The notes beneath the pieces are model-generated. The model worked only from the letters and a program-made list of their open reading frames with translations, was not told where the DNA came from and ran no database searches. A DNA stretch of 64,000 bases from an uncultured Candidatus Saccharibacteria bacterium (lineage in GTDB: Bacteria; Patescibacteriota; Minisyncoccia; Phycocordibacterales; UBA2100). Location: the NCBI GenBank assembly GCA_964350885.1, contig CAYGKV010000002.1, positions 36,427-100,426 of the forward strand, read 5' to 3'. Position numbers and translations under genes: made by a program. The stretch's first letter is position 1. Each line of letters starts with the position of its first letter. Positions 1 through 8,980 of the stretch are shown one piece after another.

Positions 1-182
1 TCCGCAAGCACGCGCGGCGCAATCCCCGCTTGTTTGGCATATTGAAGTGCGACACCAGAGGAATAATCTCCGTTTTTCAATTCCGCTGGATGTTCGAGAG
101 AGATTTCACCCACACTAAACGAAATACCAGCATCTTTCGCGGCATGAGCGATTATTTCTTTCAACTGGCCAAAACCCCTCAT
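1..182 (-). CDS. argS: Arginyl-tRNA synthetase, N-terminal ~60 aa only (gene continues off the left edge)
   Basis: Reverse-complement translation from ATG at 180-182 gives MRGFGQLKEIIAHAAKDAGISFSVGEISLEHPAELKNGDYSSGVALQYAKQAGIAPRVLA. The GDY...LAK...PR pattern matches the ArgRS N-terminal add-1 domain. No stop within the window, so it is absent from the ORF track. Confidence 0.45.
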   Translation of the reverse strand, partial: MRGFGQLKEIIAHAAKDAGISFSVGEISLEHPAELKNGDYSSGVALQYAKQAGIAPRVLA

Positions 183-261
183 GTTGCGATTCTAACATCG
201 AAACGAAACCTCGCAGTCTGCATACCTGATCAAGCAAGACACTCCTGGACTCAGACGGCAG

Positions 262-306
262 CATGAAAAACACAAAAAAGAAGAGCCGGCCCCAGGGGAC
301 CGGCTC
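262..306 (-). terminator. Rho-independent terminator closing the minus-strand secE-nusG-rplK-ORF operon
   Basis: GC-rich hairpin GAGCCGGCCCC/GGGGACCGGCTC at 282-306. On the minus strand it is followed by a T-run (reverse complement of 263-281 = cttcttttttgtgtttttc). Confidence 0.5.
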
Positions 307-325
307 GATAGCACAGAGGAGTGAA

Positions 326-772
326 TCACCAGACCCACACCTCCTCCAAATACGGCGCGAGGCCGAATACAAACCTGCTGAAACTACCGGAAGTCTTGAA
401 TTCCGGGAGAATCAAGGTCGAGAACGACCTCTCAGGATGGTCCTCCCACCCAACCCTCTTGGGGTTGGTGAGCACCCTGTGCACATGCCAGGCACTGAAC
501 TCATCGAATTGAAGTGCTCGACGTTGATGCATGTCGTTCAACATGCACAGTCTCTCGGGGTCGCAGTCCCCGAACTTGACCGAGAGACTGACCCAGTCAT
601 CGAGCAGCGCGATGGCTCGGTGAATGTTCTTCCCCGAGACTACCAGGCGCGGGCGTCTCGGATTGATATCGCCCCCTCCCACAACGAGAAGGCCCCCCCG
701 GCCATGAACTTGCCGTGAGCACCCCACCTCCCCCATGCCAGCGAGCATGGAGGTTCTTTGTAGCTGATGCAT
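326..772 (-). CDS. Hypothetical protein (148 aa), no recognisable family
   Basis: ORF preceded by a strong SD (ggaggaaggg-aATG) and followed by the terminator above. It lies where rplA would be expected after rplK but is not L1-like. High local GC makes a spurious ORF possible. Confidence 0.35.
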   Translation of the reverse strand: MHQLQRTSMLAGMGEVGCSRQVHGRGGLLVVGGGDINPRRPRLVVSGKNIHRAIALLDDWVSLSVKFGDCDPERLCMLNDMHQRRALQFDEFSAWHVHRVLTNPKRVGWEDHPERSFSTLILPEFKTSGSFSRFVFGLAPYLEEVWVW

Positions 773-835
773 TCCCTTCCTCCTGTTTCCCCCTATGGGG
801 TTTATAAAGACCAGGAGGAGAGTGTACTACAAAGA

Positions 836-1255
836 CTACTCCGAGTCAATACCCATACTTCGGGCGGTGCCCGCGATGATTTTCCGTGCCTGCTCTATGT
901 CATTTGCATTCATATCCTCCATCTTTTCTGTCGCAATATCGGTGAGCTGCTGCTTGGTAAGCTTACCTACTTTGTTTTGCGCTTTGTCAGAACCCTTCTC
1001 CATGCCCATAGATTTCAAAATAAGACGCGAGGCTGGTGGCTTCTTCACGATGAAGGTGAAGGTGCGGTCCTTGTAGACCGTAAGGAGTACAGGAACGATC
1101 GAGCCCGCCATCGGACGAGTCAATGTATTGAATTGGTTGACGAACTCGCCGATATTCACGCCGGCAGGACCTAGTGCGGTGCCGACCGGAGGCGCGGGCG
1201 TAGCTTTCCCCGCCTCAATCTGGAGTTTAATTATCTTGGTTATTTCTTTTGCCAT
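836..1255 (-). CDS. rplK: 50S ribosomal protein L11
   Basis: [43 protein letters not shown] is a canonical L11 N-terminus. Conserved secE-nusG-rplK order. Confidence 0.95.
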   Translation of the reverse strand: MAKEITKIIKLQIEAGKATPAPPVGTALGPAGVNIGEFVNQFNTLTRPMAGSIVPVLLTVYKDRTFTFIVKKPPASRLILKSMGMEKGSDKAQNKVGKLTKQQLTDIATEKMEDMNANDIEQARKIIAGTARSMGIDSE

Positions 1256-1264
1256 AATTTTATC

Positions 1265-1807
1265 TTACACTCGCTGCACCTGGTCGGCCTCAAGCTCCAC
1301 CGGGGTCTCGCGACCAAACATCGGAACAAGCACTTTAACCTTTCCTCGCTCTTCGTCAATCTCGCCCACCTTACCTTCGAGATCTTTGAACGGACCGTCT
1401 ACAATGATGACCGCATCGCCCTCAGAAAGGTCGATTGCGTGTCGGACGGTGCCACCACCCGCACGCTTCAGGATTTTTTCGACTTCCTGCGGCTCAAGCG
1501 GCACCGCCTGATTCGCTGTACCGACAAACCCGGTAACTTGCGGCGTATTGCGCACAACACTCCACGCATCGTCATCAGCAATCATATCCACCAAGACGTA
1601 GCCCGGAAAAACCTTCTCTCTCACCTCCGTACGGCGACCATTCTTGATCTTTATCTTATTTTCCGTCGGCACGATGACATTAAAAATCTTCTCGGTCATG
1701 CCAAACGATTCCACGCGCTGCTTGAGATTGCGCGCCACAGCGTCCTCATACCCTGAGTACGTGTGCACTGCATACCACTCTCGCGCTTCTCCGTGTGTCT
1801 GTTTCAT
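1265..1807 (-). CDS. nusG: Transcription termination/antitermination factor NusG
   Basis: 180 aa. WYAVHTYSGYE NGN start and a KOW-like C-terminus (GKVGEIDEERGKVKVLV). Sits between secE and rplK. Confidence 0.95.
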   Translation of the reverse strand: MKQTHGEAREWYAVHTYSGYEDAVARNLKQRVESFGMTEKIFNVIVPTENKIKIKNGRRTEVREKVFPGYVLVDMIADDDAWSVVRNTPQVTGFVGTANQAVPLEPQEVEKILKRAGGGTVRHAIDLSEGDAVIIVDGPFKDLEGKVGEIDEERGKVKVLVPMFGRETPVELEADQVQRV

Positions 1808-1808
1808 G

Positions 1809-2105
1809 TTATTGCAGCTGTGGAATATCCTCCGAGCCAGAGCCGCTAGACGTGCTCACCGAATCGAGAATCAGCGACTCCGTAGTCGATGCGATTTCCT
1901 GCGATATCACGGGACTGGCTGGCAACACATCTAAGAGGCGCGCGAGGCCGCCGGTGAAAATGTAGTCGAACAGACCAAGATACAACGCGACGGCAATGGA
2001 GAGAAACGCAACCAAAATCGTGTATACGATGGTCTGCAATCGAGTTGGCCACGCCACATGTCGCAGCTCGCCCTGGGTGTCTTTGAGATATTGGATGAAT
2101 GACAT
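1809..2105 (-). CDS. secE: Preprotein translocase subunit SecE (start moved to internal Met MSFIQYL)
   Basis: Single C-terminal TM helix (IVYTILVAFLSIAVALYLGLF) and the KDTQGELRHVAWPTR motif typical of SecE. Directly upstream of nusG. The ORF-track start at 2219 is probably too long. Confidence 0.7.
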   Translation of the reverse strand: MSFIQYLKDTQGELRHVAWPTRLQTIVYTILVAFLSIAVALYLGLFDYIFTGGLARLLDVLPASPVISQEIASTTESLILDSVSTSSGSGSEDIPQLQ

Positions 2106-2171
2106 AAGAATTAGGTTGTAGGGGCTAGGTTCTAGCTTATAGGAAAAACTCCAATTTTGCCATTTTAAAAA

Positions 2172-2256
2172 CGCCTCGCGGCGTTTAAAACATACTACTT
2201 TTTCTAATACGAAAGTCAAGGCGTGCAGCCCGCCAGCCCTTGGCTGGCGGGCTGCA
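2172..2256. terminator. Two hairpins in the SIMPL-secE spacer (aacgcc-tcgc-ggcgtt flanked by A/T runs; a 15-bp perfect palindrome gtgcagcccgccagcc-cttg-ggctggcgggctgcac)
   Basis: Read directly: perfect inverted repeats at 2175-2193 and 2222-2256, immediately downstream (minus sense) of the 2264 gene stop. Confidence 0.4.
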
Positions 2257-2263
2257 CTCTTCT

Positions 2264-3079
2264 CTAGCGGATTTCGTACGTTACAGTTACGTTTGAGATA
2301 ATCTTGTTCTGACCGACCGGTATTTCCGGAGCAGCAGCCTTGGATTCCATCGCCATCATCACGTCGCCGCCACCGCGTCCGTAGGCGTACGGCATTGGAT
2401 AGCTGCCGTTCTCACTGAAACCGACGACACGCACGATTCGCACACCGAGCGATTCCGCAAGTACCTCGGCCTTTGCCTTCGCTTTTGCAATTGCCTTGTC
2501 GCGCGCCTCTGCCTCAAGCGCATCTTGATCGTCAATAGTGAATGAAAGACCAGAGACCGAAGAGGCACCGCGGGAGCCGACACCACTAAGCAAGTCCCCC
2601 GCCTTTTTCGTGTCGCGGACTTTGACCGTGAGCGTCTGAGAGACTTGGAATCCGCGAAGCGTTTGTTTACCAGGCGGACAGTAACCTCCCGAACATGCCG
2701 CATTGATGTAGTCGTATTGCGGGTAGACACTGTAATCCGTCGTCTGAATGTCCTTCTCATCGATCCCCTCTTTCTTCAAATACGCGATAATATCGTTGCC
2801 TTTCTTGGTTGCGACATCTTGTGCATCCTTCACCTCCTTCGCCTCCTCCTGGATCGTGACCGAGAAAGTCGCTGTATCAGGTACCGCAAATACTTCGCCG
2901 TCACCCGAGACACTGATGCTGTTGGTAGCCGCTACGCCACTCCCGATGAAACGAAGACCTTTGAGCTCGCCCACGGATGCAATGAGGAGAAAAAGTGCCA
3001 AAAATCCAAGGGCGGCCGCGCCCATCGTGCGCGGCCAGTGGGTTGCATTGATAATTTTGTCTGCAGTTTGTCCATCCAT
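2264..3079 (-). CDS. SIMPL-domain (DUF541, YggE-like) periplasmic protein
   Basis: Signal/TM at N-terminus. Long-range similarity to the 26 kDa periplasmic immunogenic protein family, supported by the VSGLSFTIDD...AIAKAKAKAEVLAESLG pattern. Confidence 0.75.
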   Translation of the reverse strand: MDGQTADKIINATHWPRTMGAAALGFLALFLLIASVGELKGLRFIGSGVAATNSISVSGDGEVFAVPDTATFSVTIQEEAKEVKDAQDVATKKGNDIIAYLKKEGIDEKDIQTTDYSVYPQYDYINAACSGGYCPPGKQTLRGFQVSQTLTVKVRDTKKAGDLLSGVGSRGASSVSGLSFTIDDQDALEAEARDKAIAKAKAKAEVLAESLGVRIVRVVGFSENGSYPMPYAYGRGGGDVMMAMESKAAAPEIPVGQNKIISNVTVTYEIR

Positions 3080-3224
3080 AGTGGTTACTTCTTAAGTTAA
3101 TTATTATTAAAGTATACACCCTTCGCGAGATTGAGACGTGGACCTGTTGCATATCTTACAGATCGGATCAACAGAGATCCTCCGCTACCGATAGAGGCGA
3201 GTATTAAAATAGTATACTTCGCAA

Positions 3225-3806
3225 ATGGATTTCTCTCAGATTCTCGCATTTCTCGAGGGGTCAAAATATTTTCTCCTATTCATCGGATCGTTTCTCGAAG
3301 GTTCGGTAGTCATGATGGGTGGTGGCGTGCTGTGGCATCTCGGCAAGGTTGATTTCTGGCCGATGTACCTCGCGGTTATCGGAGGAGATATACTCTCGGA
3401 TCTCGTGTGGTATTCGGTAGGATATTTTGCGGCTCGCCCGCTCGTTGTCCGCTGGGGATATCTGGTTGAAGCAACGCCCGAGGTCCTCGAAAAACTCGAG
3501 CGACGTTTCAAGAAGCACCAAAACCTCGTTTTACTCGCGTCCAAACTCACAATGGGTTTTGGCCTCATGATAGCAACGCTCATAACCGCCGGCATGATCC
3601 GCATGTCTCTCTGGCGCTACATGCTGATCAACATCAGTGCAGGATTTCTTTGGATATATTTCCTCGTACTCATCGGATACTATTTCGGCAACCTATTCGA
3701 ATTCGTCCCGCGTGAACTACAAATCGCATTCGGCATAGCCATCATAATCGGGGCATATTTTGGAATGAAGCGGATTAGTCGCTGGATAGCCCATTCGAAT
3801 TGGTAG
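3225..3806 (+). CDS. DedA/VTT (SNARE-associated) family membrane protein
   Basis: 193 aa with a multi-TM DedA signature (FLEGSVVMMGGGVL...KLTMGFGLMIATL...). Confidence 0.8.
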   Translation: MDFSQILAFLEGSKYFLLFIGSFLEGSVVMMGGGVLWHLGKVDFWPMYLAVIGGDILSDLVWYSVGYFAARPLVVRWGYLVEATPEVLEKLERRFKKHQNLVLLASKLTMGFGLMIATLITAGMIRMSLWRYMLINISAGFLWIYFLVLIGYYFGNLFEFVPRELQIAFGIAIIIGAYFGMKRISRWIAHSNW

Positions 3807-3815
3807 TACAATCCA

Positions 3816-4268
3816 ATGATGCTCGACATCCAACAAATTATTCTTGTCTTTGCGTGCATCTGGGGAGCCCTCATTGCTTCAGGGTTTTGGGAGGCGTACG
3901 TGGAGAGGAGAAATGCATGGGACAAAGGTAAGGTTGGTTGGAAGATCCATATCGGCTCGTTCTTTCTCACTGGATATCACTTCTATCTTTTTTGGGTCAT
4001 GTACCCTCTCCTCCTCGCGATTCCTTTTATTTTCACAGGGTGGAACCCGAGACTCTTTGGAGTCATCGTAAGTGCGTATGCAACAGGTATAATTTTGGAA
4101 GATCTTACGTGGTATCTCGTAAACCCCGTGGTGAAATTCAGGGAACTGTACACACCGTTCTCAGATTATTACCCGTGGGTCAAGATCGGCGGGAGCAAGA
4201 TAATCCCTGCGGGATACGTCGCTGGCATCGTTGTCGCACTTTTGTCCTGGTTTTTCTTGTGGAAGTAA
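3816..4268 (+). CDS. Hypothetical integral membrane protein (4 TM)
   Basis: Hydrophobic, Trp/Tyr-rich helices. No recognisable family. Confidence 0.5.
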   Translation: MMLDIQQIILVFACIWGALIASGFWEAYVERRNAWDKGKVGWKIHIGSFFLTGYHFYLFWVMYPLLLAIPFIFTGWNPRLFGVIVSAYATGIILEDLTWYLVNPVVKFRELYTPFSDYYPWVKIGGSKIIPAGYVAGIVVALLSWFFLWK

Positions 4269-4272
4269 GCTC

Positions 4273-5007
4273 TCAGGAATCAATCCGCGATTTCTTGATA
4301 TCGTGGTGGCCGATAGAGTATGGGCGCTTGAAAAGCACGGGCCACCAATAGTTGATCATGTACTTGAGGCACATCTGCCCGATGCCCTCTTGGTCGAATC
4401 GTCGTGACGATGAGTAGTTGTTGAAATCCATCCGCCACAATGTTTTTCCGATCCCATGAAAACGGCGCGCAAGATCAGTATCGTCGCCATAGAATGCAAG
4501 GGAGCGATCATGGCCGCCGATTTTTTTGAGCGCGTCGGCACGCATCGCGCAATTGCCCGCATTACCGATGTATCCAACGATCCAGTACACAGGTGGGGTG
4601 AACCACCAGATGGCATCGAGCAGCCATGACGGATAGCGGAGACTCTCTTTTCGATGATATTTATACGCACCGCTGAGGAAGACAACCTTGGGATCACTTT
4701 TGAACGTGCGCTCTATATATTCCGTCCACCCCCTCGGTATGTGCGTGTCTGCATCTACATATGCAAGGATCTCTCCCGTCGCCGCCTCTGCCCCCGTCTG
4801 TCGCGCATGGCCAGTCCCTTTGCGATCTTCGCGAATGACTATCACCCCGGGAAAGCTGCGTGCGATCGTAGCGGTGTTGTCGGTAGACGCGTTGTCTACA
4901 ACGATGATTTCTTTGAAACGTCCTCCTGCATGCCTAATTGCGGCATCGATACATCCGCCAATAAAAGCCTCTTCGTTGTAGGCGGGAATAATGAGCGAGA
5001 TGTTCAT
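4273..5007 (-). CDS. Family 2 glycosyltransferase
   Basis: N-terminus ISLIIPAYNEE, plus VVDNASTD and YVDADT (DxD) motifs, which are the classical GT-A/GT2 signature. Confidence 0.85.
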   Translation of the reverse strand: MNISLIIPAYNEEAFIGGCIDAAIRHAGGRFKEIIVVDNASTDNTATIARSFPGVIVIREDRKGTGHARQTGAEAATGEILAYVDADTHIPRGWTEYIERTFKSDPKVVFLSGAYKYHRKESLRYPSWLLDAIWWFTPPVYWIVGYIGNAGNCAMRADALKKIGGHDRSLAFYGDDTDLARRFHGIGKTLWRMDFNNYSSSRRFDQEGIGQMCLKYMINYWWPVLFKRPYSIGHHDIKKSRIDS

Positions 5008-5389
5008 GATTATTCCAGATACTGATCAAGAATCACAATACTACGACGCATCGCGACAAATGCATATCCCCACAGAATGGGAAGCCACAGCGGCGACTAT
5101 TCCTTGGCCTCTACTGGGAACGGTTTGAGGTAACGGATAAGAAAGTGGTGACAGTCATACCAAGCCCGATTATACGAGCCTTGATGCAAGCCGAGGGCAT
5201 GATCTTCACCGAGAAATACAAAGAATGCCTAAAACCACGGATCGTTACAGATATGGCGGTAGAATTCAGTCCGGTGGTGGCTGGAAAATCAAAACCCTTA
5301 GTTGCCCCTAAAACACAAAAATCGCGACATAATGCCGAGATTCCTGTGATGGTATCCAATCAACCGGACTCGGTTATATTAGATACCGT

Positions 5390-5468
5390 CTGGGGTGGTT
5401 GATGGGGCTCGAACCCACGACCGCCGGTACCACAAACCGGAGCTCTACCAGCTGAGCTACAACCACCA
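5390..5468 (-). tRNA. tRNA-His (anticodon GTG), CCA encoded, G-1 present
   Basis: Cloverleaf folded by hand: G-1 + GTGGTTG acceptor, D-arm GCTC/AGCTGGTA/GAGC, anticodon arm CCGGT-TTGTGGT-ACCGG, T-arm GTGGG-TTCGAGC-CCCAT, discriminator C, CCA. The extra 5' G pairing with C73 is the His hallmark. Confidence 0.9.
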
Positions 5469-5476
5469 TTCTGCGA

Positions 5477-5983
5477 CTATATAATTAAACCTTGAGCACG
5501 TCCATCGTCATAATGATGCACGATGTAGTGACAATTCCGACAGAGCCACGCGAGATTACTCAATGCGTTATTTCTTCGATCCTTGTCTTTGTGATGGACC
5601 TCAATAACGCGCTCGTCCTTCGTCTCGCATAATTCGCACACGGCCTCTCTTCCCGCTCGCTTCATAATACTTCTATACGATCCCCCACCATGCTGCCAAT
5701 TTGCATGTCGTGCCCCGCTAAACTCTTTGTTTCGCCAAATCGCTTGACAAGACTTGTCACAAAAGTATTTCTTGCTCTTTGAAGCGTTGATGTACTTTGG
5801 CGTGCGGTACACATCTTTTCCGCACCCTTCGCATATAAGCCACTTCCCCGTCCGCGCTGCCTCATGCTGACATTTTGCGGAACAATATTTTCCGTGCCCA
5901 TAAGACAGGTGCGATGGTTTGACAGTGAATATACTGTCACATTTTTTACATACAACCGCGACTCGGCTTCTCTTCCGTGCCAT
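5477..5983 (-). CDS. HNH endonuclease with N-terminal Cys4 zinc-ribbon repeats
   Basis: C-terminal HNH motif EVHHKDKDRRNNALSNLAWLCRNCH, plus several CxxC...CxxC pairs upstream. The stop lies 8 nt from the tRNA-His 5' end. Confidence 0.85.
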   Translation of the reverse strand: MARKRSRVAVVCKKCDSIFTVKPSHLSYGHGKYCSAKCQHEAARTGKWLICEGCGKDVYRTPKYINASKSKKYFCDKSCQAIWRNKEFSGARHANWQHGGGSYRSIMKRAGREAVCELCETKDERVIEVHHKDKDRRNNALSNLAWLCRNCHYIVHHYDDGRAQGLII

Positions 5984-6055
5984 GAGTTGATTATAGCAGG
6001 AAAGGTTGACGCTAAGGATTGTGGAATTAAGAACCTGCGAGAAACCCGATGGAAT

Positions 6056-7156
6056 CTAGCGCATTATCTCCTCAAGCTGATCCGCTGAAGGATCGTCGAC
6101 AGCCTTGAAAGAAATCCGCCCGATGAGCTGGCCGTACTGCGTGATGACGTTTACGCGCCACTTCCCCGGCGTTATGCCCGTCTTGATCGAATACCCGCGA
6201 TACCCGCCGTCGCGTCCGCCCAGAATCGGAAATCGCAACGTGTCTGTCGTTACCCATCCCGCCTCCGCATCATAACGCTGCCATTCATGCAGAATGATGG
6301 TGGACAAGCCCGACGGCGCAAAGATCGCGCTATATGCGTATGCCGTACTTCCCGAAGCACGATGAAAGGCGGTGTTGTACCGCAGGTATGCCTCATACCA
6401 TGGCACGGGCTCTGCCAAGAGTTGGTAGCTGCCGTTTGGGAGGCGCGTGACACCGTGATACACACCAGCGTCTTTGAGAGCGAGTGGTAGCGGCGGGATC
6501 GCGTTGGTGAAATATAGAATATTAAATACCACAAAGATGGCTGCGATTGAGCGCGCAACCCGCGTACGCTCTTGGAGCACGACTTCGGGAACAAGCCGGT
6601 ACAAAAACGAGAGGAAGAGCGCGATCAACGCAAGGCTCGCGAGGCCACTCGCCAAAAACATGTAGGGGCCGATTTGACGGAAGACGATTGGTAAGAAAAA
6701 GATAAGGAATGAGAAGAGGACGGTAAAAAATATCGAGATCTGAAATGCAAATTTCATATACAAACGCACGAAACGCTCATTTCCCAGGAGGAGCGCCGCC
6801 ACAAGGATCACAAAGATCCAACTCACCGAAAACGCGGCGCTTCGACTATAGAGCGAGAGGTACCCGCTGAAGAGACCGCCAAACGCAAACTGTGCCACAA
6901 CGGGGATGAGAGGGGTCGCTTTTAGGAGCCACGGCTGTTGCAATCGTCCGCTCGTAATCAAATTGATGGCGATGATACAGCCCGCTGCGATTGCGAGATA
7001 TGAAAAGAGGAGCACGTGACTCGACCACAGATCAACACGGCGCAATAGAATGAGGTTGTCCAACACAAACCCCGCGACGAGCGCGAAGGGGGAGATATAG
7101 CGCATATACCAGCTCGCCAACTCATCCACACTTTTAGGAAGGTATCGTCGAATCAT
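6056..7156 (-). CDS. Integral membrane protein (about 8 TM) with a C-terminal extracytoplasmic domain, possibly DUF2914-like
   Basis: Hydropathy pattern only. C-terminal soluble domain with a YHGVTRL...WYEAY pattern. Confidence 0.55.
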   Translation of the reverse strand: MIRRYLPKSVDELASWYMRYISPFALVAGFVLDNLILLRRVDLWSSHVLLFSYLAIAAGCIIAINLITSGRLQQPWLLKATPLIPVVAQFAFGGLFSGYLSLYSRSAAFSVSWIFVILVAALLLGNERFVRLYMKFAFQISIFFTVLFSFLIFFLPIVFRQIGPYMFLASGLASLALIALFLSFLYRLVPEVVLQERTRVARSIAAIFVVFNILYFTNAIPPLPLALKDAGVYHGVTRLPNGSYQLLAEPVPWYEAYLRYNTAFHRASGSTAYAYSAIFAPSGLSTIILHEWQRYDAEAGWVTTDTLRFPILGGRDGGYRGYSIKTGITPGKWRVNVITQYGQLIGRISFKAVDDPSADQLEEIMR

Positions 7157-7719
7157 GCAGGGTCGCGGTACTGGGGCGGATTTTCTTTTATGCCCGCATG
7201 GTGATTGGCAAGGCGCGTAAGTGCATACAAGAGCGAGGACAGCCGGTTCGCATATGCGCGGCTCGAATCACTCACCGCGCGCTCCCCTGCTTCGTGCAAC
7301 GTAACGAGACGACGTTCTGCTCTCCGCGCAACAGCGCGTGTGATATCAAGCCTTGAGGAAAGTTCGGTGCCGCCCGGCACGAGGAATGTCTTTATCGGCG
7401 GCATCTCGGATTCAATGCGATTGATGAGAACACCGAGCGCCTCGACGCTTGAGAGCGGTATTGATTTTGGAGCTCCCGCGACCTCAGCCTGGAGCGTAAA
7501 AAGGTGATCTTGTACATCGTGCAAGAAAATCTTCACTTTCCTCTCCTGCGTCACAAATTCATCCGGGCATTCTACTTTGCACCATCCGACGAGTGTATTG
7601 AGCTCATCGAGCATTCCGAGACATTCAAAAATAGGGCTCGCCTTAGATGCGCGTTGGCCCGGACCCGAATCAAAAAGCTTCGTGCTCCCTCCATCTCCTT
7701 TACCTGTAAAAAGCGCCAT
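7153..7719 (-). CDS. ATP:cob(I)alamin adenosyltransferase, PduO/MMAB type (start moved to MALFTGKGD)
   Basis: FTGKGDGGST N-terminus and a conserved PduO-type core. The ORF-track start at 7767 would overlap tRNA-Leu. The internal ATG at 7717-7719 sits 2 nt from the tRNA 3' end. Confidence 0.8.
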   Translation of the reverse strand: MALFTGKGDGGSTKLFDSGPGQRASKASPIFECLGMLDELNTLVGWCKVECPDEFVTQERKVKIFLHDVQDHLFTLQAEVAGAPKSIPLSSVEALGVLINRIESEMPPIKTFLVPGGTELSSRLDITRAVARRAERRLVTLHEAGERAVSDSSRAYANRLSSLLYALTRLANHHAGIKENPPQYRDPA

Positions 7720-7720
7720 G

Positions 7721-7804
7721 TGCCCGGGACAGGACTCGAACCTGCACGCCCTTACGGGCTTATCCACCTCAAGGATAAATGTCTACCAATTTCAACACCC
7801 GGGC
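7721..7804 (-). tRNA. tRNA-Leu (anticodon GAG), long variable arm, no encoded CCA
   Basis: 84 nt. Acceptor GCCCGGG/CCCGGGC, D-loop AATTGGTAGA, anticodon loop TTGAGGT, variable arm GCCCGTAAGGGCGT, T-arm GCAGG-TTCGAGT-CCTGT. Confidence 0.9.
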
Positions 7805-7854
7805 ATATTCTGCTGCTCGCCCACTATAGCCAACATTTGGATTTTCTTCAAACC

Positions 7855-8301
7855 CTACTTGGTTTCCTCGGCGACAGAAACCTCTTCTGTCGCGGCAGAC
7901 TCTTCCTCTTTTGCAACAAGCTTGGTCACTCCCGACGCATTCACCATCATGCGTGATCGGCGCAACTGCCGACGCGCTTCGCGGGCAACTTTCTCACGAA
8001 TGAAGTAGAGCTTCGCTCTGCGAACACGCGAGCGTTTTACGATTTCTATTTTGTCGATCATGGGAGAATAGAGAGGAAATATTTTCTCCACGCCAACGCC
8101 ACTTGCAACGCGACGAACCGTGAAAGTACCCCCCGCCTCCGTGCCGTGTTTGCGTGCGAGGACCAAACCTTCAAATGCCTGAAGCCGAACCTTCCCCTTC
8201 TCTTCGATTTTTTGCCATACACGGATAGTGTCGCCCGGCCGTAGATCGAAATTTTTTCGCGCATCCATGTCTACAGATGACGTTTTGACTGCGTTTTTCA
8301 T
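7855..8301 (-). CDS. rplS: 50S ribosomal protein L19
   Basis: RPGDTIRVWQKIEEKGKVRLQAFEGLVLARKHG...TFTVRRV...GVEKIFPLYSP...RRAKLYFIRE matches the L19 consensus. Carries an acidic C-terminal tail. Confidence 0.9.
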   Translation of the reverse strand: MKNAVKTSSVDMDARKNFDLRPGDTIRVWQKIEEKGKVRLQAFEGLVLARKHGTEAGGTFTVRRVASGVGVEKIFPLYSPMIDKIEIVKRSRVRRAKLYFIREKVAREARRQLRRSRMMVNASGVTKLVAKEEESAATEEVSVAEETK

Positions 8302-8346
8302 GTTGCGGCACTATACCATCGGTGCCTATGAAAAACAACTTTTTTG

Positions 8347-8420
8347 TGCGCGCTGAGGGATTCGAACCCCCGACCCTCTCAGTGTAAATGAGATGCTCTA
8401 ACCAACTGAGCTAAGCGCGC
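8347..8420 (-). tRNA. tRNA-Val (anticodon TAC), no encoded CCA
   Basis: GCGCGCT acceptor, D-arm GCTC/AGTTGGTTA/GAGC, anticodon arm TCTCA-TTTACAC-TGAGA, T-arm GGGGG-TTCGAAT-CCCTC. Confidence 0.9.
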
Positions 8421-8558
8421 GATGCTCTCATGCTACCTCGGAATCTCAGACTTTTCCACGCGCGGGGCAGGACACTTTACTGTTGCATCTGCTGATGCGA
8501 TGTGGTTCCTGCAGGCAAACGAGTATAAAACACGAGGTGGTTTGCGTTTTCATCCGTT

Positions 8559-8630
8559 TGCCCTCGGGAGGAATCGAACCTCCATAGCCGGCTTAGAAGT
8601 CCGGAGTTTTATCCATTAAACTACGAGGGC
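8559..8630 (-). tRNA. tRNA-Arg (anticodon TCT), no encoded CCA
   Basis: Acceptor GCCCTCG/CGAGGGC, D-loop AATGGATA containing A20, anticodon arm CCGGA-CTTCTAA-GCCGG, T-arm GGAGG-TTCGATT-CCTCC. Confidence 0.85.
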
Positions 8631-8935
8631 ACTTTACCCCTCCCCCAAGAATCAAATTGCACATAGGTTTTCCTCCTGTGGCAATTTGCACATCTTATCT
8701 CACATTTTTCTATCTCGCCAAGAACTGACTTCCACGACCAATGCCCGGACAACATTCTCGCGACATTTTTGAATTTCTTTTTAGAATCGCGATGGTCAAA
8801 TTCCAAAACAATAGGGTCTTTTTCACCACAATCAACGCACTGTTTGGCGCTCAAATAAAAGAGGAGTTCCTCCCGAATGCGTATCCGATGTCTCTTCTGT
8901 GCTGCGTACAAATCTTCTCTATTCTTGTAAGCCAC
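8621..8935 (-). CDS. HNH endonuclease (small, 104 aa)
   Basis: CVDCGEKD...LEFDHRD...CANCHRRK HNH signature. Its stop codon (8621-8623) overlaps the first 10 nt of tRNA-Arg(TCT). Confidence 0.8.
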   Translation of the reverse strand: MAYKNREDLYAAQKRHRIRIREELLFYLSAKQCVDCGEKDPIVLEFDHRDSKKKFKNVARMLSGHWSWKSVLGEIEKCEIRCANCHRRKTYVQFDSWGRGKVPS

Positions 8936-8980
8936 CCAAAGATTATAACATCGTATTCTAACCCGCGGCGGTCAACGTAA

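Noticed and set aside
3080-3224. Direct repeat AGTATAC(ACC)CTTCGC / AGTATACTTCGC in the SIMPL/DedA divergent promoter
   Set aside because: Only two imperfect copies. Plausible operator, but too weak to list as a feature.
5111-5402. ORFs 5145-5402 (+) and 5111-5359 (-) in the GT2 to tRNA-His spacer
   Set aside because: Mutually exclusive, with no motifs, and one runs into the tRNA. I also looked here for RNase P, tmRNA and SRP consensus blocks (GGAAAGTCCGG, the GGTTCGA..CCACCA 3' end, and GGAAGCAGCC) and found none.
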